A stretch of 60,676 bases of DNA, counting the filler, from Asterionella formosa (lineage: Eukaryota): NCBI GenBank assembly GCA_002256025.1. It is 8 parts of 8 records of this genome, joined end to end, with 100 filler letters (N's around TTAATTAATTAA, not from the genome) between each part and the next. Parts side by side here need not be neighbours in the genome. Positions count along the whole stretch, not along the records: positions 1 to 7,523 come from NKIB01012433.1; positions 7,624 to 15,131 come from NKIB01012434.1; 6 more parts are not named here. One strand, written 5' to 3'. The position numbers and the translations under genes are program-made. The notes beneath the pieces were generated by a model. It was not told where the DNA came from and did no database searches. It worked only from the letters and a program-made list of their open reading frames with translations. This document shows positions 1 to 10,890 of this stretch, piece by piece. Numbering within the stretch: position 1 is the stretch's first letter; every line of letters begins with the position of its first letter.

Positions 1-764
1 GGTACCAGGTACATACTACAAGGTCCGGGTAGCTACCTACTTCCAACAAATAAACGTCACAAATGGTCGTAGGAGTACATTTGCACAGATGTACTGGTAC
101 ATGGAAGACTACCGGTAACAGTTGTCTGACAGGTACCGTTAGGGAATACCATAGTTTGCTAGCCTGCTGCTAAAGGGACTTTTGAATTGTAAACCTACCT
201 GGTACCTGGACCACTCTGAGTGCCGGTACCAGGTGCCAGGTACCTGGTAGGAGTACCTACTCAGGTACCTTGTACCAGGAGAAACTGCGTAGGAAGCCTT
301 CTTCTAATTTTATTTACTGACTACCGGTATACTATGCACAGATGAACACTACATACGAACGAGCGAATGTACAAATTTCGATATATATTTGCAAGCACGA
401 GAAGGTGGTACATACTTCTTTGCAGGATTCATATAGATACAATCATCAGACATTTATATAAATGATACACATTTGAAGTCTTGGGCTTCAATCCTGTTGA
501 ATGCCGGCCTGCGCCCACATTTTCACGGGAATGAAATGTACCTTACTTCAATGTATTGTTTGGATCACCAGGGTGCTGAAAACAAATGCCGGTACCGGTA
601 AGATATGTACCACAGCATCGATTGTCCCACCGGACCCTGGTGCCAGGTACTGGTACCAGGTACTGCAGTTTCATACGTACACTACCATAGTCAGCATACC
701 GGTACTGGCGTGGCTTGGCAATATGGCTCCTCCCCTACATACCGGTACCACATACAGATATGAA

Positions 765-2076
765 CGAATTCATTCCGGCCCATTAGGCTGATTTCAGTCT
801 CTTTGAGGCTCAATTTGAAAACCTTATGGTTACTTTCCTCTAACTTTAGAGACATCATTGGATAATAATTTTTCTCCTGATTAAAAGTGCTAAACATGTT
901 CAAGACGAAGAATTGGAATTTGAACAACTCATATCTAGTCATGAGTCAGTCAAAAAAGAAAAACTGTGCAGACACAGATCAGTCTGGACTGGAAGGACTC
1001 AATGCTGCTTCAATGGAATGATGTAAAAAACAATCAACTCATCGAATCATACCCATGGACCATACGCAACATGTCCTATTCATCATTTTCCAGTCTTCAC
1101 ATGTACTTTAAAGGTGGGAACTGTCAGAACCACAACCTCTATCCTTAAAATTTTCTTGCCTCTGGTGCTGGGTAGCTGGAAAACTATGTGCTCAGCATTT
1201 TTAGTCAATTTTGAAATTTTAAATCAAATAACTGGAAGGCATTCGACTTCAAATGAATTGGAAATGATGAAAATATTGGATTGCTCTTTGATCCCCCATT
1301 CAACTGGCTCCTGTCGTAAATTCCTGACTTATCCCACTCATTGACAAACAATTTTTTACAATTTCATTTTAAATTTTTACAATTTCATTGTTAAAAATCC
1401 TTTTCAGATGCTGGGGAATTGTCAACACCAATATCAACAAATCCAGCTGGTATGGCGATTTGTTCATCATCAGTGTCTAGAACTCCACCAGTTCACTTTA
1501 CAATTTTGAAAAGCTCGCCTAAAGGCATTACTTCACCTTCTGCTGCCTCCTCAAGTAAATAATCATTTTCATTTTAGTAAAAGTTGTCTGGATCACCATT
1601 GGAAATGATCTAGAAGTGATTTTCAAGGGCATACAGCTCAGTCATATCAACATCATCTACAGTCCAGCTTACCTCTGATTTTCTTGAGCTCGTCCCTCTG
1701 CCAAAATGTCATTCTTTCAAGTCATTGGTCTTTTGCGATGTTCACATGATGATTTCGGACCCACAGATATGGGTGAATGTACTTGGAAAGTCATGAAACG
1801 ATGGCACCTTTACCCATTGTAAAATTTTGTTTTCACACTATCATCCTGCAAAGATACTTTTGAGAGATTTTGGCAGGCAGACTTCTCATGTATCTGAATT
1901 TTTTAAACCTATATAAGCTTATTGCCATTCATACATCCAGAAACATAAAGTTCTGTAGATTTAGATTAACTTTTCAGAAATGAAAGGTCCGTTGAATTGA
2001 GCTAGGGGCAAGGGATTGAAAACCCAGACTGAATCCAGTCTATTAGACTGAAATCAGTCTTGCCGGAAAGAATCCG
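765..2076. mobile_element. Putative degenerate TIR DNA transposon, family unassigned
   Basis: Imperfect inverted termini: cgaattcattccggc..aggctgatttcagtct (765-800) versus agactgaaatcagtcttgccggaaagaatccg (2045-2076). Further tcagtct/agactga motifs lie near both ends. The interior is stop-riddled. Confidence 0.45.
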
Positions 2077-2236
2077 AACATAGATGTACCGCATCATGTG
2101 TGATCCAATACGACATTTTTAGCACCGAAGTTCCCAAGATCGCGCAGAACGAAGTAAGAAATGCCTCCATCACTAACATGAAGATAGGGCATCAAAAACC
2201 AGGTTGATTATCACAACTGGCGAAAACATCAAACAC

Positions 2237-3301
2237 ATGGGCATGTTACCAAATTCAGCCGCTGTTGGGTACCTCCTGGTAGCTGCAGTTTCCATTGTTT
2301 TGTATCAGCAACGGCCTTTTGAATCTAGATTCTCAGAGATTGTCCCAATTGAGAGTGCAGTGTTGGGGGCAGTTCCGGTAGTCAATCTACTCGCTGACGA
2401 TGCTGCAACTACAATGGACTCTGGGCTCAGACAGTTTGGATTCTTCTACCTTAAAAACCATGGTGTTTCTCAAGAGCTCATCGATGAGCAATTTCGACAA
2501 AGTCACGCATTGTTTGCGCTTCCAGAAGACATCAAACGAAGTATGGCGTTTGTCCCACATCTTGACATCGGCTACCAAGGATCTGGAGATCAGGCGCTGG
2601 ATGAATCTTCCAAGTTCAAGGATACAAAAGAAGGATATCTTATGACTAACAACGCAGTCATGCAGGCTGACTTTGAATTAGATCCCGCAGACCCCTTGCA
2701 GGGATCCACACTTCACCTGCCTCCTGTGACTCTTCTTCCCAAATATGAAGCGACCTTGCGTAAATATGCTGCAGCCATGACATCAACAAATCACAAGCTC
2801 AATAAGCTATTGTTTCAAGCACTTGGATTATCTGAAAAAGATCGCTTGCAAATAGCAAAACAGCCGTTCACGGTGGTCAAGCAACTGCGGTATCAGCCTG
2901 ACGGAGCAGGAGGGACCAATGCCTCGGAACGCCTAGGTGCAGGTGCACATACCGACTGGGGATCCTTTACGATATTAGCTACGGATCAAACACCAGGTCT
3001 GCAAGTTGAATTAGATGGAGAGTGGATCAATGTACCTCCCCTGGAGGGATGCTTGATTGTAAATGCAGGTGATCAAATAAACTTTTGGACCTCCGGCATG
3101 TACAAATCAGGCAACCATCGGGTACAAACCATTTCATCCAAACCACGATACTCCACTGCCTTCTTCACGTATTTTGACTATCATGCGATGGTGGTTCCGA
3201 TTTTAGCTGGAGAAGGAGTCAAGACTAAGGATTATTTTGCCTTTAAACTGTGCCAGTCCATGCATCTTGGCAAGGAGTCTTGCGACCTCCCAGGGACATG
3301 A
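2237..3301 (+). CDS. 2-oxoglutarate/Fe(II)-dependent oxygenase (IPNS/DIOX_N family) with N-terminal hydrophobic anchor
   Basis: GFFYLKNHGVS (DIOX_N), HTD...H iron triad (GAHTDWGSFTIL; NHRV), RYS 2OG-binding motif and VNAGD. Intronless. First ATG at 2237; the ORF is open from 2204. Confidence 0.9.
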   Translation: MGMLPNSAAVGYLLVAAVSIVLYQQRPFESRFSEIVPIESAVLGAVPVVNLLADDAATTMDSGLRQFGFFYLKNHGVSQELIDEQFRQSHALFALPEDIKRSMAFVPHLDIGYQGSGDQALDESSKFKDTKEGYLMTNNAVMQADFELDPADPLQGSTLHLPPVTLLPKYEATLRKYAAAMTSTNHKLNKLLFQALGLSEKDRLQIAKQPFTVVKQLRYQPDGAGGTNASERLGAGAHTDWGSFTILATDQTPGLQVELDGEWINVPPLEGCLIVNAGDQINFWTSGMYKSGNHRVQTISSKPRYSTAFFTYFDYHAMVVPILAGEGVKTKDYFAFKLCQSMHLGKESCDLPGT

Positions 3302-3702
3302 GGATCTATTGACTTACAATCTATGTAGTTTTTCATGCAGTTTATGTTACACATTGCTAATCGCAACGCCGACTTCCAGTTTCCATGGAAACGACTTGTC
3401 TAAGCACCATCCCTTTCCTGCTCCTCAACGCCTTTATGATGAGGTTCCTATTTAGTTGTGATGACGTTTATTCTTTCAGCACCAATCAATAGTCAAGCAT
3501 CTGCCTGTGACTTTAATATGACTTGTGCTCCTTGGCATGTGGCATGTTAAGCCTTGAAACCGTAAAAAATAAAATGATGTTGGACATGGCATTCTTTCAT
3601 TGACCAACCAATAGATATGAGGGGCAATCTATTTTTGTTAGCCAAGATCAACAGTACAAACGAAACAAAAATGCATTTTTTTCTTCACTCTCACGGGCCA
3701 AA

Positions 3703-5082
3703 TCAGACCTTCGACTGTAACAACATAGGTAAAGCATTCTCTTTCCAATTCTCAGTCCATCGCTTTCGACCCTTCAAGTTCTCAGAGAAGATACTTAAAT
3801 CGCCATACGAATGTGGTGGGGCTGCTTGTCTTGAAAGTGGAAGCAGCAACTCATACAATTGGTCTGAAAGCTCGTTGCATGTTTGAAATACTCGGCTGTT
3901 CACATTGTTTTGTACCAGCTCGGGTAGGCACTTGAAACCAATTGCACAAACTGGAGTTTCACAACCGAAGAGATCTAGCACCTTCATTGGAAGATCGAGT
4001 CCAGACGTTGAAGTGTGGAGAGATATGCCCACATCTGCACATGCCAGGAGTTTGGGATAGTCGCAGGGTTCCAACCACACCGTCGTTACTACGACTTGGG
4101 TTAAACTCATTTTGGAAATCTTTTCTTCGTAGGCCACCTTAAGAGGGCCTTTTCCAGTGACGAATACCATCACACGAAGATTGGATGCCTCTGATATGAT
4201 TCGTGTGTCCAAAATTGTCAAAGCTTCAAGTAACACACCGAAGTCTTCGTCTTCTGTCCATGAAGTCGAACTTGTCACCATAGCTGGCCTGTTTGCCCGG
4301 GGTTTGACCTTACCATCCACTTCCTCTGTGAACATAGTCAGTTTCGTTAGCTCTAAAGATTCGAACCACGATCGAGGACACCCTTTCATTACATCTTGCT
4401 GTAATCGAAGCAAGAACTCGTGTTGTTCAGCTGTAGATAGCGGTCGAAACATTGCAGGGGGGCAATCATACAAAACGTTTGTGTTCCGTTCAACTTTCAT
4501 TTCGCATTTTAAAAAATCTTTCATCGCGGATGTTACGCAGAGATGACCATCGGCCATTGGAGCCATCTTTTGTTCGTACCATTGTGCAATCTGTCGGATT
4601 TTTCCTTTCCTGAGCATGGAGTAGCCCAGGTTGTGCCAATCAATAATAAACGTAGGCCTTTTCGTGGACGTAGCCTCAAGGAACCAGCAATATATACGAG
4701 CAACCAGAAGTAGAGGAATAGCTGGAGGATTTTGCACTAGAACACAATCGACTGGTGGGCTGGAGGCCACGCCAACCCACAGCGCCCATAAAAGGTTGGT
4801 AACCAAACTGATCAACCTCCAAAGAAAGTAGACTGGGAGGATCGTTCTCAGCCATTTTGGAGAGGATGCTGAAAATCTGACTATATGTAGCCTGCCTTGG
4901 CCATTCTGAAGATCAGGAATCAATTCTTCTCCATCGTATCCTACCAAAGATACGGTGAAGCCCTCTTGCAGTAAGGAGAGCGCATGATACTGCATTCGAG
5001 GAGAGCGACCAATGTCGCCCAAAACGACGACCACAACATGCGTCGACTCGGCGGTTCTTCGTTCTGGCGCTACAGCATTCAT
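3703..5082 (-). CDS. ALG1: Chitobiosyldiphosphodolichol beta-1,4-mannosyltransferase
   Basis: VLGDIGRSPRMQYHALSL, QNPPAIP, IDWHNLGYS, SSTSWTEDEDF and LHTSTSGLDLPMKVLDLFG are hallmark ALG1 motifs. Confidence 0.95.
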   Translation of the reverse strand: MNAVAPERRTAESTHVVVVVLGDIGRSPRMQYHALSLLQEGFTVSLVGYDGEELIPDLQNGQGRLHIVRFSASSPKWLRTILPVYFLWRLISLVTNLLWALWVGVASSPPVDCVLVQNPPAIPLLLVARIYCWFLEATSTKRPTFIIDWHNLGYSMLRKGKIRQIAQWYEQKMAPMADGHLCVTSAMKDFLKCEMKVERNTNVLYDCPPAMFRPLSTAEQHEFLLRLQQDVMKGCPRSWFESLELTKLTMFTEEVDGKVKPRANRPAMVTSSTSWTEDEDFGVLLEALTILDTRIISEASNLRVMVFVTGKGPLKVAYEEKISKMSLTQVVVTTVWLEPCDYPKLLACADVGISLHTSTSGLDLPMKVLDLFGCETPVCAIGFKCLPELVQNNVNSRVFQTCNELSDQLYELLLPLSRQAAPPHSYGDLSIFSENLKGRKRWTENWKENALPMLLQSKV

Positions 5083-6802
5083 CTCGACTTCTTCGATCGG
5101 TAATTTGCGAAAGAAAGGGTTAACGATCGCCGAAGAAAAGACAAGGTCGAAACAGGTAGTGAAGTTTCAAGCCCCATCGGGTTGCACAAAGAAAATATGC
5201 ATCATGTAAAATATGCTACGTAAAAAGGTGTAATTATATTATCATGCCGTGAGGATATCGGTAGCCAGCAGAGCAGGCATATCGCTACGGGAGAAATATA
5301 AGTATGTGAGGCAAATGAAACCAATCACAGACACGACGACTATTGATGCTGTGACCAACATCCACAAAGAGAAACCCACTTTCCCAAACACAACAATTCC
5401 TATTGCTTAAGATGCTGAAGTTGATTGATTTGTTGTTTCCCTCATATTTCCTGATGACTTTCTTGAGCTTGGCTGATATTGATAGGAACCACCTGTTTTA
5501 GATGTCCATCAAAGGTGTTGAAATAGCTACCTGGTATACCATCTCGCTTTCTTGGTTGTGTCAGGTTCCACATCTATTAAATTTGCTATAACATTGTTGC
5601 CAACCTATGCCTTTCATGAGATTATAGACATTCATGACACTGCTGCATCATCATCAAAATCTTCAAGCAATTTCAGTTTTAGAAAGAAGGGAAGCAAGTC
5701 AAGACATGCAATCATATTGACACAAAAAACTTCAACATCTGCTGATAAAATTGCAAGTGCATTGGAGTCTTTGAAAAGTCAAATGTTACTAAACTGAAAA
5801 TGTTAGACTCTACAAATGAACCACAGTGAGAAAATGATCTGGCCAATGTCTTGGATAAGTATATGGTCTTGATTTTGGCTAAATCTCCTGGATGTCATCT
5901 GCCTCCTCATCACTTACATAGGCTACTGGGTAGGAGTAGTACATAGACGTGTCCCGATTCTATTTATCAATATGTAGCTCAGTGTCCTGTATAGAATGAG
6001 ACATAAATGTATGTGATACTCCACAGCATTATTTAGTATTCCATGCAGAATTAGAATAGGTTCTACATGACGAACTGTATGCCAGCACCAGTATGATTCC
6101 ACTGTAACAAAAACATGAAGATTCGCCCATGATGATGTCGAAGTGTAGCCAACAGTTTGTATGCTGTACATACATCACCGGCATCACACAGATGGCTTTT
6201 CGGATTATACCAGCCAGGTATGTACTAAAGTACCGGCAATGAGAAAAGATAGGATAGTACCAGTAAATACATCCGAGCATTTACCGGCGGTATATCCACA
6301 ATGATACCTGGTACCAGGAAGGTCTGGTAGGAGCGCACATTTTCAGTTTCGACTCAACACCAATGGATCGTCTCATGCCTGCCAAACGAGATAGGCCACA
6401 GCTTTCGATGATAATAATATTCCTTAAGTAATTTATGAAAATGATGTTATTCGTATGGACCGATGAAAATTTGTATAGTAAGTCTCTGAACACGACTTGG
6501 ATTTGCTGACTGATGAACGGGTTCAGCAAACCGTCTTCTAGTTTCGGAATCCTCATAGGAATCCTACATTTCTATGTTTAGAACTTGCTGACAATGACTA
6601 TGACAGGTAACCCTTAAAGAAAGTTAGTATATAATTATTTAGTCTAGATGTTGCGAATTTTTCTCTATATAAAACGCTAGACTGTAGGGTCTTGTGCATG
6701 GCTGGAGAATCCTGCATCATGCTGTCTCCGCATCTTGCTGACCCTGTCGAAAATAACAAATTTCTCCATGGAAAATGAAAATGATGCTATGCTATCTGGT
6801 TA

Positions 6803-7523
6803 ATATATATATATATATATATGGTAACTAAATTTTTAAGTACGCGTTATTGAGCCTCGACTAAAGTGTGGAGTTCGTTGGGTCGCACGGGGGCGCGAAG
6901 CGCCCGGTTCGATTAGATGGACTTAGACAGGTGAAGAGGGACGGCGAGGGGTCGCGCGACGGATAAGAAATTTTCGGATTGTGCCCTGGCGGCGTTTGTC
7001 TTGACATAGGGCTATTTGGGATGTGAGGCGTAGTTGACCCGCATGATAGATTGCCAGCCAGGCCATCAGTGCCAACGGGGAATGAAGTAAGCGTTGAGAG
7101 AGATGAAGGCCAAATATATGTCCTCGTTCATCAGCTGGGACAGAGATCTGGTTTGAGTAAGCTGTAGTTGTCTGTGTTCGAAGCAAGAATGTGATTCGGC
7201 GTGACTGAGGAGGAGAGTGGCGCCATAGACAAAATCATTGCGATTATTCCACTGTTCCATGGCATAGGCGCGTAAGGAGTTGATTAGTTGACTTGTCCAA
7301 AGAGAGGATTCATAGCGTTGGTCTGGATGTCTGATGGAGTGATAGGTTGTCATGGCATGGGCCCAAGAAACTGATAGATGTCCCCTTAGGAGGTGATTCC
7401 ATCCTATAGCTGTTTGTTGGACATATGCCTGATAGGTCGTCCAAAGAAGAGGGTCGGTTGGGGAGGGATCTGGAAGAGGCCAAAGTGGGGGAAAGTCACC
7501 ATTTTCCCACGATTGTAGACCAT
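6803..7523 (-). mobile_element. 3' end of a non-LTR retrotransposon (LINE), frameshifted and cut by the contig end
   Basis: QTAIGWNHLLRGHLSVSW...WTSQLINSL...EQWNNRN is typical of the C-terminal region of diatom LINE ORFs. A frameshift leads into ORF 6923-7186, followed by a short 3' UTR and a (TA)n tract at ~6803-6821. Confidence 0.65.
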
Positions 7524-7623
7524 NNNNNNNNNNNNNNNNNNNNNNNNNNNNNNNNNNNNNNNNNNNNTTAATTAATTAANNNNNNNNNNNNNNNNNNNNN
7601 NNNNNNNNNNNNNNNNNNNNNNN
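7524..7623. other. Artificial contig linker (N-TTAATTAATTAA-N). The same linker occurs at 15132-15231, 22736-22835, 30335-30434, 37926-38025, 45513-45612 and 53096-53195.
   Basis: Identical 100-bp six-frame stop linkers separate contigs of monotonically decreasing length. Confidence 0.97.
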
Positions 7624-7625
7624 AT

Positions 7626-9790
7626 TTTGTCGCCCCTACGCACCATCATGTTCAAATTGTAAATGAGCATGGTGTACAAGCAGAGTACGCAAGGAATGGA
7701 TTCTGTCCTCATCATGCAGACATTCAGCTTCGCAAAAAGAAGAGATTTGGAGGTTGGAAGACTGTGCGAGACAGCTGCCCTAAATGCGATCGTCTGAATA
7801 CCCAAGGGCCCACTTCTCCAGTGACTCCAATGCCTCAGCAGTCTCCTTCTTTGCCAGCATTCCAAATTCAAACAACTTCAAGTTCGTGTAAAATTGCTGC
7901 AATTCTTTCAAAGATGCAAATGAATGAACGGAATGCTGACATTCAAATAAAATGTTGTTCAGAACTTTGTGACTTGGCTGCAAATAATGACAAGAACAAG
8001 GTAACGATTGCTGAAGCAGGAGGTATCATTACGATTCTGTCTGCGATGAAGACTCATTTCTCAAATGCTAATGTGCAACACTATGGTTGTGAAGGGCTTA
8101 TGAACTTGGCTGTTAATGACAAGAACAAGGTGACGATTGTTGAAGCAGGAGGTATCACTACGATTCTGTCTGCAATGAAGACTCGATCCTCAAATGCTAC
8201 TGTGCAAGATAATGGTTGTGTAGCACTTCAGAACTTGGCTTTGAGAAATGACAAGAACAAGGTGACAAATCTTGTAGCAGGAGGTATCACTACGATTATG
8301 TCTGCAATGAAGACTCATTCCTCAAATGCTTATGTACAACAGTATGGTTGTGGAGCACTTTTTTACTTGGCTTTTAATGACAATAACAAGGTGATGATTG
8401 CTGATGCAGGAGGTATCACTACGATTCCGTCTGCAATGATGACTCATTCCTCCAATGATGTTGTGCAACACTTGATGAAGACTCATTCCTCAAATGCTAA
8501 TGTACAACAGTATGGTTGTGGAGCACTTGGGACCTTGGCTACTCATAATGAAAGCATCAAGCTTATAATTGCCGATGCTGGTGGAGAAGATGCAATTATA
8601 TCTGCTATTCGAAATCACTCATCCAATGCTGGTGTCTATGAAAAAGGTAATGAAGCACTTCGTATCTTTCAACCAATCTCAACAACATCCAAGAGAGTGC
8701 ATCTTCCTTCCTTAACAACTCCAACACCAAGCAGTAGTAATTCAACTGATCTCATTTCTGAAGGTCAATCGAAAATGAAGGAAGCTATGGACAATGTGAA
8801 ATCAAGACCAATCGAGCTTTCTGTTGAATTCATTACATATTGTACAAACAACTTTGCTGAAGTCAGAAAACTTGGTCAAGGAGCTTTTGGTGTTGTTTAC
8901 AAAGGCCAAGATGACAATTGGGATTTTGCTGTTAAATGTATTCTGTTCAATATTGCTGTTGAGAAAAATAAGGTGGAGGAAGTTACCAAGGGTTTTAAAA
9001 GAGAATTCCAGGTGAGCTCATTTGTGGTATCAAATATTGCATTTCGTTTCAAGTCTTTATGTTTCTCATTCTACTTTCATACTGTTTCAGGCATTGAAGA
9101 GGTTCCGACACCCCAATATTATAACTTTGTATGGCTATCATTTGTCCTCTGGTTCACCTTATCAATACCTTGTGTTTGAGTATGCATCCAAGGGTTCTCT
9201 TGATACATTTTTAAAAAGTGAACAAAGCAGAGCAACTCTCTCAAGTGAGACCCGACTTCAAATCTTGTCAGACATTATTTGTGCCATCCACTACCTTCAT
9301 ACTGGTACAAAGGACAACCTTGGTCTGTTTCATCGTGATATCAAGTCAGCTAATATCTGCCTTGATCAGAACTATACTGCCAAGCTGATTGATTATGGTT
9401 TAGCCAAATTTGTTCTTGTGGATGACTCCAATGAAACCAGTGCAAATTCGTTTTCAGTACAGATCACATCAAATGGTGGAGTCTTTGGGTCACGTGGCTA
9501 CGTGTGTCCACGGTATTCTATGGGAGTTTATAAATTTGAAGCATCATGTGATGTTTACTCATTTGGCATTGTCATGATTGAGCTTGTGACAGGCTGCATC
9601 CAAAATGATAGGACAAGGTTGGGTAATTTCTCTGAACACTACTTCCCAAGTGATTTTGAAGGAAGCGCTAATGAGGCATTGGAATTGGCAATTCCAAAAC
9701 TGGTGAAGGATGTTGATCCTCTAGCATGGGAATGGGACAATGGAATTTTGTCCTCTGTGTGCTCATTAGCCATTCGTTACATTCAGTTAA
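7626..9790 (+). CDS. Zn-finger-like / armadillo-repeat / Pelle-IRAK-RLK-like Ser/Thr kinase. 5'-partial, intron 9012-9090, C-terminus apparently disrupted.
   Basis: Frame is open from the contig edge (GFCPHH...W...CPKC). It has 43-44 aa ARM repeats and kinase motifs LGQGAFGVVYKG, FAVK, HPNII, HRDIKSANI, DYGLAK, GSRGYVCP and DVYSFGIVMIEL. The GT..AG intron 9012-9090 joins the two ORFs in frame (REFQ|ALKRFRHPN). No subdomain XI R-P is seen after LAIRYIQLN. Confidence 0.85.
7984..8580 (+). repeat. Coding tandem repeat, 129/132-bp units (ARM repeats)
   Basis: ggaggtatca recurs at 8019, 8148, 8280 and 8409. One unit is internally deleted near 8470. Confidence 0.9.
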
Positions 9791-10237
9791 ATATGAACTA
9801 TTATAGTGAACAAGACTTCACTTTGAGTTTTTCATGTGATGGTTCAGAATCATACAGTGGGCGCACTCTGATAATAATAAATTATTATATCATGTGTATT
9901 ATAACACAAATCGTTGTACCCATAACCCCAAAATTTGTGTTTATGTTGACCAAATTTGGTAAACCTGGTAAGCACCTCGGGGTGCCTACCAGGATTACCA
10001 AATTTGGTCAACACAAACACAAATTTTTTACAGTTATAAATAACAGTGCATTATATAAAAAGATGTTTAGACATGAATGACTAGATAGAATTTTCCGGAA
10101 TATTTCAAGACTTGCTTGCTCATACTACTCAAAATGGCTTGCTCTTGCCTAAATAGGTATGCATAAACATATGCATATCGTTACATATCAATCAACCTCC
10201 TCAATAAATCGATCGTCATCGCTTTTAGATTTCGGCC

Positions 10238-10890
10238 ATGTATTCATCTTCTTCTGGTCAAAGGAGAGCAGCCAGGGAGGGCTTCCCTTCCTCTCCAAGG
10301 CTGCTTGAATGTCGCCGTCACCAGCAACAAGAACAACAACAGACTCAACCAGAAGAAGAGGAGGAGGACGACGACGAGAATGAAGATGACACTGGTGCTG
10401 ATGAGTTTGCCAGTGACGATGAGGACAGTAGGATGGGTGTCCCATGAGGTGTTTCTCAGATTGGTATTTCTGGGGTTACTCAGTCCCCATCAAGGAACAA
10501 CAACGATTTTTCACGTGCTCCTACTAGTTCAGTTTCAAGAACGGCAACTGCCAGGCAACCACCAACGTTTCCAAGAGCTCGCCGAAGCATGCAGAGTCTC
10601 GGGGTCAACAGTTCAGGATCAATGAGATTCTCTCATTGCTGGAAACCATTTCTACTCACCTGCCAATTGGGTCCCATGAATGGGAAGTTGTTGCATCACA
10701 GCACAATGAGAATTTCCCAGACCTTCACTTTGCCGAAAGTTTTCACAACTGCACAAAGTTAAGAAACCAACTGGGGACCCAACATGCCCTGCTGAGGTGA
10801 GATATGCCAAACAAATTTTTCGAAGAATCGAGCAACGAGCAGATGCAAGTGCTGAGATTGAATCCACTGATCTTGGAATAGAGAGAGAGC
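10238..10890 (+). pseudogene. Harbinger accessory Myb-like (DUF6818-type) gene, disrupted
   Basis: Across a stop and frameshifts: EILSLLETISTHLPIGSHEWEVVASQHNENFP...RKFSQLHKVKKPTGDPTCPAEVRYAKQIFRRIEQR. Confidence 0.7.

Noticed and set aside
7524..7623. TTAATTAATTAA palindrome recurring every ~7.6 kb
   Set aside because: Artificial linker between size-sorted contigs, not a biological periodicity.
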